From the IMG/VR virus record IMGVR_UViG_3300009152_000019: a stretch of 31,535 bases of DNA. The stretch is one strand, 5' to 3'. The notes beneath the pieces are model-generated. The model worked only from the letters and a program-made list of their open reading frames with translations. It searched no databases and had not been told where the DNA came from. Positions 13,487 through 20,146 of the stretch are shown here, piece after piece (position 1 is the stretch's first letter; every line of letters starts with the position of its first letter). This DNA is from a virus. The translations under genes were made by a program, and so were the position numbers.

Positions 13487-13912
13487 ATGGCAGAAGATAA
13501 AAAAGGATTTATCCTATACGCAGACCAGAATGCTCTGTTTAATCAATTATCTAACGAAAAGGCGGGTGAACTAATAAAGTTCATCTTTGCCTACGTTAAT
13601 GATGAAAATCCAATTAGTGAAGATATTATTATTAATTTAGCATTTACACCAATCAAACAACAATTAAAACGTGATTTAGTTAAGTTCTTAGAAATCAAGT
13701 GTAAACGTAGTGAAGCAGGTAAGAAAGGAATGGCGAAAAGATGGTCATCTATAACAAATGATAACAAATCATTACAAACGATAACAAACATAACTGTTAA
13801 TGATAATGTAAATGATAATGTAATAAATACAAAAGCGGATGTAATTTCTACCGACCAATGGGGAAATGAAATTGATGTAAATGGCTTTCACATAAAAACA
13901 AAAAAGAAATGA
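13487..13912 (+). CDS. Putative replication initiator or replisome-organiser-like protein.
   Basis: The N-terminal region KKGFILYADQNALFNQLSNEKAGELIKFIFAYVNDENP...KRSEAGKKGMAKRW resembles phage DnaD/replisome-organiser-type N-terminal domains. The gene contains iterons and is coupled to the helicase gene. Confidence 0.4.
   Translation: MAEDKKGFILYADQNALFNQLSNEKAGELIKFIFAYVNDENPISEDIIINLAFTPIKQQLKRDLVKFLEIKCKRSEAGKKGMAKRWSSITNDNKSLQTITNITVNDNVNDNVINTKADVISTDQWGNEIDVNGFHIKTKKK
13751..13822. repeat. Iteron-like array, a candidate replication origin.
   Basis: ATAACAAA occurs at 13751, 13761 and 13781. ATTACAAA is at 13771 and ATAACTGT at 13790, so spacing is 9-10 bp. A tandem 12-mer AATGATAATGTA x2 follows at 13799..13822. 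Confidence 0.55.
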
Positions 13913-14757
13913 TAGTTAACCACAGAAGTAGTGATGAATTTTTAGAATTGTCTAGGTTAGATAAAATACCTTTGGGTTTAGGATTAGGTATTGATTTAGA
14001 TGTTAACTTAAGATTCAAACGTGCTTCGTTCAATATTGTGTTAGGACACGCAAATGTAGGTAAGACGTATTGGGTTTTATGGTACTTGCTTTGTTTGGCT
14101 AAAAAGCATAATCTTAAACATCTAATTTATTCAGCCGAAAATAGTGTTAACGGATTGAAACGCAATTTGATTGAATTATACGCTGGATGCAAGATTAAAG
14201 ATATGTTACCTAAACAACTAGACAACTGCAAAAACTTTATTGAATCGCATTTTGATTTTATAGATGCACAAAAGGCTTGGACTATAGAAGAATTTATGAA
14301 AGAAGTTCAAGTGTTAGGTGATTATGATACTTTAATGATTGACCCTCACAATTCATTCTTAAAGCCAAAGTTTGCTAATGCACACGATTTGGATTATGAA
14401 ATGGCTACTAAACTTCGATTGTTTGCTAAAAAAACGAATACTTCAATTTATATGTGTATTCACGCAGCAACAGAAGCATTAAGAAAAACGCACAAAGCAG
14501 GTGATTATGAAGGTATGCCACAAGCACCAAATATGGCAGATGCTGAAGGTGGTGGTAAGTGGGGAAATCGTGCAGATGATTTTGTTGTTATTCATAGATA
14601 TCCAATGCACACTAACTTTTGGATGTTTACAGAAGTTCACATTAAGAAAGTTAAAGAAACTGAAACTGGTGGTAAGCCTACATTCGCTGCTGAGCCAGTT
14701 ATGTTTAAATTACAGAACGGAACACAATTTTTAAACGAAGGAAAAAACGTATTATGA
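13909..14757 (+). CDS. DnaB-like (RecA-fold) replicative helicase domain protein.
   Basis: Walker A is GHANVGKT, preceded by IPLGLGLGIDLD (a DnaB-like LD...G motif). Walker B-like is TLMIDPHNSF. Confidence 0.6.
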   Translation: MIVNHRSSDEFLELSRLDKIPLGLGLGIDLDVNLRFKRASFNIVLGHANVGKTYWVLWYLLCLAKKHNLKHLIYSAENSVNGLKRNLIELYAGCKIKDMLPKQLDNCKNFIESHFDFIDAQKAWTIEEFMKEVQVLGDYDTLMIDPHNSFLKPKFANAHDLDYEMATKLRLFAKKTNTSIYMCIHAATEALRKTHKAGDYEGMPQAPNMADAEGGGKWGNRADDFVVIHRYPMHTNFWMFTEVHIKKVKETETGGKPTFAAEPVMFKLQNGTQFLNEGKNVL

Positions 14758-15020
14758 AAGATACAGATATAGCAACTGCAAGACTAAACATAAAGATAAG
14801 CATCAATAGATTGCTTTTTAGAAGTGCATTAGAACGTGTAAGCGAAGAAAAACAAAAAGTGATACTACGTGAAGCAAATGATTTGAACTATAGCTTAGAA
14901 GTCTTTAAAATGCTTCAAGACGATAATACTGCATTAACACGAACAAATGATGCTTTAAGATTACAAATACTATATTTGAAGAAGGAACTAATTAAACAAC
15001 AAGAAGATGAAATATTGTAA
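14754..15020 (+). CDS. Hypothetical coiled-coil protein.
   Basis: An 88-aa ORF coupled at both ends. Confidence 0.6.
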   Translation: MKDTDIATARLNIKISINRLLFRSALERVSEEKQKVILREANDLNYSLEVFKMLQDDNTALTRTNDALRLQILYLKKELIKQQEDEIL

Positions 15021-15534
15021 GGATTGTAAAGAATCATTTGAGCCTAAACAAAAGTTTAATTCTACTTTATCAACTAATCGTTGCGAAGTATGTTTAAAAA
15101 CTGCACAAGCATTGAAGAATCTTGCCAGTATAAAGAAAGAAAAGAAGATTAAGCAGAAAGAAGATATGTTAACGTTGCAAGACTACTTGAAGATGACACA
15201 GCAGGTGTTTAATTCTTGGATTCGCAAACGTGATGCAGGATTGAATTGTATATCTTGCGACAAGCCTTGTAAAAAAGAGAACGCAGGACACTACTTTTCA
15301 AGTGGAGGACACGCAAATGTGAGATTTGATGAGAATAACGTACATCTTCAATGTGAATATTGTAACACTTTTTTACACGGAAACTTAATTTTGTACGGTG
15401 TTAATTTAGAAAAGAAAATAGGAAAAGACGAATTCATTATTTTGCGTGAAAAAGCATATTTAACAAAAAAATACACGAAGATTGAATTAAAAGAGTTACT
15501 TTTGAAATATAAAGCAAAGTTAAAAGATGTATAA
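15007..15534 (+). CDS. ninG: NinG-like recombination protein.
   Basis: There is an N-terminal CxxC...CxxC, and WIRKRDAGLNCISCDKPCKKENAGHYFSSGGHANVRFDENNVHLQCEYCN matches the lambda NinG family pattern. Confidence 0.75.
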   Translation: MKYCKDCKESFEPKQKFNSTLSTNRCEVCLKTAQALKNLASIKKEKKIKQKEDMLTLQDYLKMTQQVFNSWIRKRDAGLNCISCDKPCKKENAGHYFSSGGHANVRFDENNVHLQCEYCNTFLHGNLILYGVNLEKKIGKDEFIILREKAYLTKKYTKIELKELLLKYKAKLKDV

Positions 15535-15542
15535 CGTTAAAA

Positions 15543-15617
15543 CTATACTGCGGTTGCCTATGCGGTTTAGTAGATTCGGCAACTGCTGTATAGTGATTGT
15601 TACCAGTAGTGCTTTTT
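15543..15617 (+). terminator. Long hairpin overlapping a second terminator-like hairpin, which could act as an attenuator.
   Basis: ctatactgcggttgcc (15543..15558) pairs with ggcaactgctgtatag (15578..15593) at 15 of 16 positions, including one G-U. Alternatively actgctg (15582..15588) pairs with cagtagt (15604..15610), followed by gcTTTTT. Confidence 0.5.
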
Positions 15618-15642
15618 ATTTATAAACTTAAAAATTAATTAT

Positions 15643-15876
15643 ATGTCAAACATTAAAAAAATAACAGATAAAGCAGATAAAGCTAAAGACTTACAAAGTC
15701 TTATTGAAGTGTGGAATGAAGTTGCTAATGACAAATATTCGTATTCGTTAGGTCAAATAAGAGTAGCTAATAAGCATATACAAGAACTTGCTTTGAAAGT
15801 TGAAGGGTGTGATTTAGAAAAAGGAAAGTTTTTTTACACACTAAACGAAATGTTGTCAGGTGAGTCGGTTTCGTAG
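15643..15876 (+). CDS. Hypothetical protein.
   Basis: A 77-aa ORF bracketed by 14-bp inverted repeats. Confidence 0.55.
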   Translation: MSNIKKITDKADKAKDLQSLIEVWNEVANDKYSYSLGQIRVANKHIQELALKVEGCDLEKGKFFYTLNEMLSGESVS

Positions 15877-15890
15877 CATTACTGGTAACG

Positions 15891-15906
15891 TTTGGTAGCT
15901 ACCAAA
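15891..15906. repeat. Perfect 16-bp palindrome tttggtagctaccaaa.
   Basis: The sequence is self-complementary by direct reading. Confidence 0.9.
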
Positions 15907-15939
15907 AGGGCGGAATTTTAACCACAAAATTTAATAGAA

Positions 15940-16158
15940 ATGATAAAATTTAATAAACCAACAAATGCTTCTAACGAAGCCGAAAGCCCCGCCTTTTTGG
16001 TAGGTGCTGTTATGTGCCGTTTTTTATTCCAATACCGAAGTATGGATAAGGATTTAATGGTACATATAGAAGCAAGTAGTTTAAATGATGCAATGGTAAA
16101 ATTTGCAACCCATTATCATTTAATTGATGAAGTCTATGAGATTGCAAGGGTGTATTAA
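15940..16158 (+). CDS. Hypothetical protein.
   Basis: A 72-aa ORF. Coding status is less certain because the region is rich in RNA-structure-like repeats. Confidence 0.45.
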   Translation: MIKFNKPTNASNEAESPAFLVGAVMCRFLFQYRSMDKDLMVHIEASSLNDAMVKFATHYHLIDEVYEIARVY

Positions 16159-16289
16159 AATGGCATATAACGAAAGGCTAACTGACGTTTCAATGTCTGT
16201 TAGGTAACGTTATCATAGTGTTGACATAAACAAATAGATAAGATGAGTAGAGAAATAATAATAGGTGTAATAGCCATTGGATTAATAAG

Positions 16290-16685
16290 ATGGAAACAGC
16301 CGTAACAGAAATACTAGAACATTGTAAAAAATTAATTTTAGAAGGTCATCAAATAGATACTCAAGGACTTGTGCATTGGATTGAAGATACACTATTAGAG
16401 AAGGAAACACAACAAATAATAAATGCTTGGGAAGATGTTGGAACAGATGGAGTTACCACAGCAGAAGAATATTTTAACACAACCTTTAAAACTAAAATTA
16501 TGACAGCAGTAGAATGGTTGCGAAAAGAACTTGAAACAATACCAAGTTATTCAGCTTTTTATGGTAACAATTATCAATGGATTGATTCTATAATGAATGA
16601 AGCCCAAGAAATGGAAAAGCAAGAAAAACACGCTGAATACATGCGAGGTTGGAAAGATGGACTAACTAAAAACACGAAAGAATGA
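16290..16685 (+). CDS. Hypothetical protein.
   Basis: A 131-aa ORF with an acidic composition. Confidence 0.65.
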   Translation: METAVTEILEHCKKLILEGHQIDTQGLVHWIEDTLLEKETQQIINAWEDVGTDGVTTAEEYFNTTFKTKIMTAVEWLRKELETIPSYSAFYGNNYQWIDSIMNEAQEMEKQEKHAEYMRGWKDGLTKNTKE

Positions 16686-16748
16686 GAAATTTAATATACA
16701 TATTTATAATTAATTTGTTATATAAGCAAATTGATTAGAATTTAATCT

Positions 16749-16756
16749 TATATTTG
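16749..16756 (+). promoter_or_regulatory. Promoter box TATATTTG, 16 nt upstream of the lipoprotein ATG.
   Basis: It matches TAnnTTTG in an intergenic position. Confidence 0.5.
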
Positions 16757-16771
16757 ACGAAAAAAACGTCT

Positions 16772-17002
16772 ATGAAGAAATTAATTATAATATCAGTATT
16801 ATTTCTAGTAAGTTGTAAAAAAGAAGCAACTGTGCCTGTTAGTAATACTTGTAGTTGTTACGAACAACACGAACAAATGGTTGCAAATGGTGCTTGGATA
16901 TCAGATTATAATACTACTGCACAACCTGACTTATGTGCTAAAGCAACTGGAACATATTTATATCCTTCATTAATAAATAGATACAAAATCGTATGTTACT
17001 AG
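16772..17002 (+). CDS. Small secreted lipoprotein (76-aa precursor), Cys-rich.
   Basis: MKKLIIISVLFLVSCKKE is a signal peptide with the lipobox L-V-S-C. The mature part has 5 further Cys residues. I prefer the ATG at 16772 over the TTG at 16754. Confidence 0.65.
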   Translation: MKKLIIISVLFLVSCKKEATVPVSNTCSCYEQHEQMVANGAWISDYNTTAQPDLCAKATGTYLYPSLINRYKIVCY

Positions 17003-17247
17003 AAATAATATCAGTAATTGCTTTTGCTTGGTGGTTTGTAGAATTCGAGCCTATTCAGTTTGTAATAGATTGGACTTTCAACTATTTGCCTATTCACTTT
17101 CTAACCGACTGGATTTATTCAGGCTTAGGTTGTTTTAAATGTATGGGGTTTTGGAGTGGCTTAATCTACTCAGGCAGTTTTACGTTTGCTTGTATCACAT
17201 CGTTATTAACTTACATTACATCATTATGTTTGAGCAAGATGAATTAA
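16993..17247 (+). CDS. Small integral membrane protein (about 3 TM segments) with a CxxC motif.
   Basis: It has hydrophobic segments and GLGCFKCMGFWSG. Confidence 0.6.
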   Translation: MLLEIISVIAFAWWFVEFEPIQFVIDWTFNYLPIHFLTDWIYSGLGCFKCMGFWSGLIYSGSFTFACITSLLTYITSLCLSKMN

Positions 17248-17432
17248 TCTATATCGAATCAATCAAGATAGCTGATTCAACTATTCAAACTGCGAAGATA
17301 ACTTGTAAGAAGTTAGATGCAATTTACGCAAGAGTAAACGGGATCAAAAGCAAAGATTGTTTCTGTTCAATGGTGAGACGAAAGATATTCATTAAAGACT
17401 TTTTTATTTGGTATGAAGGACTCACTAGATAG
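17226..17432 (+). CDS. Hypothetical protein (68 aa from the ATG at 17226).
   Basis: The listed ORF start at 17139 would overlap the previous gene by 109 nt. The ATG at 17226 gives a 22-nt overlap. Confidence 0.5.
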   Translation: MFEQDELIYIESIKIADSTIQTAKITCKKLDAIYARVNGIKSKDCFCSMVRRKIFIKDFFIWYEGLTR

Positions 17433-17949
17433 ATATATTCAACTGCACTACATTGATGTGAAGAAATACACAATGTATCTTTTGAATCGTATAAAAATAC
17501 GAATTGAAGCAGATACTGTTATTTCTAATGCTTATCTGAATTGTTTAAAAAACGAGTCAAAGTTTAAATACGGAAACGTTCAAGACTTTCTATTTCATTT
17601 TATCAAATGTGAGTTACTGTTTAGAGATACAAATAGCAAGATAGAGATAGTCAATAGTGTAGAAAGTAATATGCCTATTGAAGAAGCAGAAGATGAATTG
17701 AAAGATAAGATTCTATTTGAATTGAACTACCAGGAGCAGAAGTCAGTTATAGAAATATATCGTAATACAGTAGATGACAGAATCAAACTAATATTCTTTG
17801 AGACGTTTCACGACAAAGGATATAACACGACTAGAAGCATTGCAGACCATTTTAATATATCTGTGTTCACGGCACACGCAATGATAACTGAAATGAAATC
17901 AGATTTAAGACGATTAAAACACGAATTGAAAAAAGACCATTATGAGTAG
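17413..17949 (+). CDS. Putative phage-encoded sigma-70 family (ECF-like) sigma factor or late transcription regulator.
   Basis: The C-terminal DRIKLIFFETFHDKGYNTTRSIADHFNISVFTAHAMITEMKSDLRRL resembles sigma region 4 (HTH). The 178-aa size is typical of ECF sigma factors. The gene lies near the end of the early/middle block. Confidence 0.45.
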   Translation: MKDSLDRYIQLHYIDVKKYTMYLLNRIKIRIEADTVISNAYLNCLKNESKFKYGNVQDFLFHFIKCELLFRDTNSKIEIVNSVESNMPIEEAEDELKDKILFELNYQEQKSVIEIYRNTVDDRIKLIFFETFHDKGYNTTRSIADHFNISVFTAHAMITEMKSDLRRLKHELKKDHYE

Positions 17950-18106
17950 ATGGATAGCATTAATAACATTTGTTCTATCTATTGGAATGACTGTAGCAAT
18001 ATGGAATGATTATGAATACACAAACAAGTTTGTTGCTGCTGCGATTCTTAGTCATATAATATTTTTATTAATAAACGAATATGAGAAAAATGCAAATAAA
18101 GGATGA
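17942..18106 (+). CDS. Small membrane protein, 54 aa with 2 TM segments (MSRWIALITFVLSIGMTVAIWNDYEYTNKFVAAAILSHIIFLLINEYEKNANKG).
   Basis: I translated this by hand; it is below the ORF-track cutoff. It overlaps the stop of the sigma-like gene. Confidence 0.45.
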   Translation: MSRWIALITFVLSIGMTVAIWNDYEYTNKFVAAAILSHIIFLLINEYEKNANKG

Positions 18107-18353
18107 ATATAAAGGCAAGACTGTTATTGTGTATAATAGTGTATTAGGCAATCAAAATGTAATAATTGATAAAATACTACCAAAGCATTATGATTGGTAT
18201 TCAAGAAACGGATTAGGTCATATCTTTGAAGCTGAAGCTACAGTTGAAGAGATTGTAGATGAAGCATATACTCTTGCTATGGCTCAATTATCTGGAGTGA
18301 AAGCACCTGAGCAAGTTCCAGTAGTGAAAAAAACACGAACTAAGAAGAAATGA
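18081..18353 (+). CDS. Hypothetical protein. The start may instead be the ATG at 18090.
   Basis: A 90-aa ORF with a basic C-terminus. Confidence 0.6.
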   Translation: MRKMQIKDEYKGKTVIVYNSVLGNQNVIIDKILPKHYDWYSRNGLGHIFEAEATVEEIVDEAYTLAMAQLSGVKAPEQVPVVKKTRTKKK

Positions 18354-18505
18354 ATCTTGACTATATGATAGCATCCGTTAAAGAATACATATTTCAACAG
18401 AAAGGAATGAGTATAGATATTGACTCAAACTTCATTAAATCAGATGTAAGACAAATACAACTACTTTATCAAGCATTCAACTACATTCAAAGTGTCAAAG
18501 GATAG
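18350..18505 (+). CDS. Small hypothetical protein, 51 aa (MNLDYMIASVKEYIFQQKGMSIDIDSNFIKSDVRQIQLLYQAFNYIQSVKG).
   Basis: I translated this by hand. It has an ATGA overlap with the previous gene. Confidence 0.45.
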   Translation: MNLDYMIASVKEYIFQQKGMSIDIDSNFIKSDVRQIQLLYQAFNYIQSVKG

Positions 18506-18509
18506 AAAG

Positions 18510-18536
18510 TTACACAAAATGTATTACACAAAATGT
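18510..18536. repeat. Tandem direct repeat TTACACAAAATGT x2 (14-bp period) upstream of terS.
   Basis: Exact 13-mers lie at 18510..18522 and 18524..18536. The second is part of the imperfect palindrome tacacaaaatgtgtt. TAGAAAA x2 follows. Confidence 0.85.
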
Positions 18537-18566
18537 GTTATTTAGAAAACTAGAAAAATACGAATA

Positions 18567-18983
18567 ATGGCAAAACATAAGTATATAGAAACACCTGAGA
18601 AACTATACGAACTATTCCAAGAGTATAAGGCAAGCATAAAGCCAAGAGAGATACAGAAAGCAACTGCAGCAGGAGTGAAGTCTGAATTTCATACACCACC
18701 GTTTACAATGGAAGGATTTGAGAACTTTTGCTTTATAAATTATTCAGATATACATCATTACTTTGATAATACAGATGAGAGATATAACGATTATAGGACT
18801 ATCTGTTCACATATAAAGAAAGTCATTCGTCAAGACCAAATCGAAGGAGGTATGGTCGGGCAATTCAATCCAAGTATTACACAACGATTAAATTCACTTA
18901 CTGAAAAAACAGATGTTACATCTCAAGGAGAAAAGATAAACGAAATCAAAGTAACAATTGTAAGTGGAAATCAAAGCAACTAA
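18567..18983 (+). CDS. terS: Terminase small subunit.
   Basis: PPFTMEGFENFCFINYSDIHHYF...YNDYRTICSHIKKVIRQDQIEGGMVGQFNPSI resembles Terminase_2-type small subunits. The gene overlaps the terL start. Confidence 0.65.
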   Translation: MAKHKYIETPEKLYELFQEYKASIKPREIQKATAAGVKSEFHTPPFTMEGFENFCFINYSDIHHYFDNTDERYNDYRTICSHIKKVIRQDQIEGGMVGQFNPSITQRLNSLTEKTDVTSQGEKINEIKVTIVSGNQSN

Positions 18984-20115
18984 AATCTTTGAGCAGAATT
19001 ATACTGCCTTATCTGATTCAGCTACACGATTCATAATCAATCAAGGTGGCTCACGTTCAAGCAAGACCTATTCACTTTGTCAGGTTATAATTGTCTACTG
19101 CCTTCAGAATCCTAACAAGGTAGTATCAATAGTTAGAAAGACGTTTCCTGCTTTAAGAGCAACTGTGATGCGTGATTTCTTTGAGATAATGAAAGACTTA
19201 GAAATCTATGAGGTGACGAGCCATAATAAGAGTGAGAATATATATCGTTTTGGTAACGGATCTATAGTTGAGTTTTTTTCAGTAGATGACGAGCAAAAGA
19301 TAAGAGGTCGAAAAAGAGATATCGGTTGGTGTAATGAAGCCAATGAGTTATGGTTTGAAGATTTTCAGCAGTTGAATATGCGAACTGAATCGACAATGAT
19401 ATTTGACTATAATCCTTCTGATAGTTCAAGTTGGTTATACGAACTTCCTGAAGACGAAAGCATCCTAATAAAATCTACATACAAAGACAATCCATTCCTA
19501 CCTGATTCAATCAAGCGACAGATAGAAGACTTGAAACGAACAGATGAAGCATTGTATCAAATCTATGCATTAGGTGAGAGGACAACATCTAAAACGAACA
19601 TCTATAGTAACTGGCAATTTGTTAAAGAAAGACCTGCTAGGTTTGAATCATTCTGTTATGGGTTAGACTTTGGATATAACCATCCAACTGCATTAATAAA
19701 GGTATACTGGCATGAGAAAGATATATTCATTGAATCAGTAATCTATGAAAGCTATCTAACTACCACTATGTTGATAGAGAGAATGAATGAGATTGGAGTT
19801 GATAAGAATGCTGACATCTTAGGCGACCATTCAAGGCCTGAAATAATAGCAGAGATACAAATCGCAGGGTACAATATAAACAACGCAACGAAGGGCGTTA
19901 AAAAAGGAATTGACAACGTTAAAACATTCGGAGTGATATGCCTTGATAATCCAAATCTTAAAAGAGAATATGAGAACTACAAGTGGAAGAAGGTAGGCGA
20001 TTCAATTACGGATGAGCCTGTGAAACTATTTGACGATGCAATGGATGCGATTCAGTATGCAGGTCGATTCATAAAAGACAATTACTATACTGACGATAGT
20101 TACTTCAGCTTCTAA
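18964..20115 (+). CDS. terL: Terminase large subunit (PBSX / Terminase_3-like).
   Basis: It has the Walker A-like QGGSRSSKTYS, the Walker B-like region GWCNEANE, and the C-terminal nuclease motif FDDAMDAIQYA. The GTG start at 18964 is the only start in the open frame. Confidence 0.85.
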   Translation: MEIKATKIFEQNYTALSDSATRFIINQGGSRSSKTYSLCQVIIVYCLQNPNKVVSIVRKTFPALRATVMRDFFEIMKDLEIYEVTSHNKSENIYRFGNGSIVEFFSVDDEQKIRGRKRDIGWCNEANELWFEDFQQLNMRTESTMIFDYNPSDSSSWLYELPEDESILIKSTYKDNPFLPDSIKRQIEDLKRTDEALYQIYALGERTTSKTNIYSNWQFVKERPARFESFCYGLDFGYNHPTALIKVYWHEKDIFIESVIYESYLTTTMLIERMNEIGVDKNADILGDHSRPEIIAEIQIAGYNINNATKGVKKGIDNVKTFGVICLDNPNLKREYENYKWKKVGDSITDEPVKLFDDAMDAIQYAGRFIKDNYYTDDSYFSF

Positions 20116-20146
20116 AACACGAATAAAAAATTAACCATTATAAGAT
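20116..20146 (+). promoter_or_regulatory. Late-gene motif copy 3: AAC-N16-CCATTATAAGAT, then the ATG at 20147.
   Basis: Architecture is the same as in the other three copies. Confidence 0.5.

Noticed and set aside
1584-13791. Other short minus-strand ORFs nested in + strand genes: 1584..1805, 2199..2435, 2475..2705, 3778..4005, 4963..5238, 6068..6346, 6437..6700, 6774..6962, 8558..8824, 10339..10530, 10630..10815, 11129..11365 and 13591..13791. The same applies to 13848..14033, 26687..26980 and 27723..27926.
   Set aside because: Each lies wholly or largely inside, or across the junction of, longer + strand ORFs that have recognisable motifs or operon coupling. None has a promoter box or conserved-looking sequence, so they are shadow ORFs expected by chance.
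14501-14734. Nested + strand ORF of 77 aa inside the helicase gene.
   Set aside because: It is in an alternative frame entirely within a gene that has clear Walker motifs, and nothing supports independent expression.
14971-14978. Additional TATATTTG boxes inside coding sequence (14971..14978 upstream of ninG, and 24302..24309 inside the tail gene).
   Set aside because: The 8-mer is expected a couple of times per strand by chance at this base composition. The copy at 24302 is deep inside a late gene. The copy at 14971 could be an internal promoter for ninG, but nothing distinguishes it from chance.
15543-15593. Long hairpin after ninG, considered as a possible tRNA or tRNA-like gene.
   Set aside because: There is no cloverleaf. 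It is a single 16-bp stem with a 19-nt loop, and the region has no T-loop GTTCRA-type sequence and no acceptor/anticodon arrangement.
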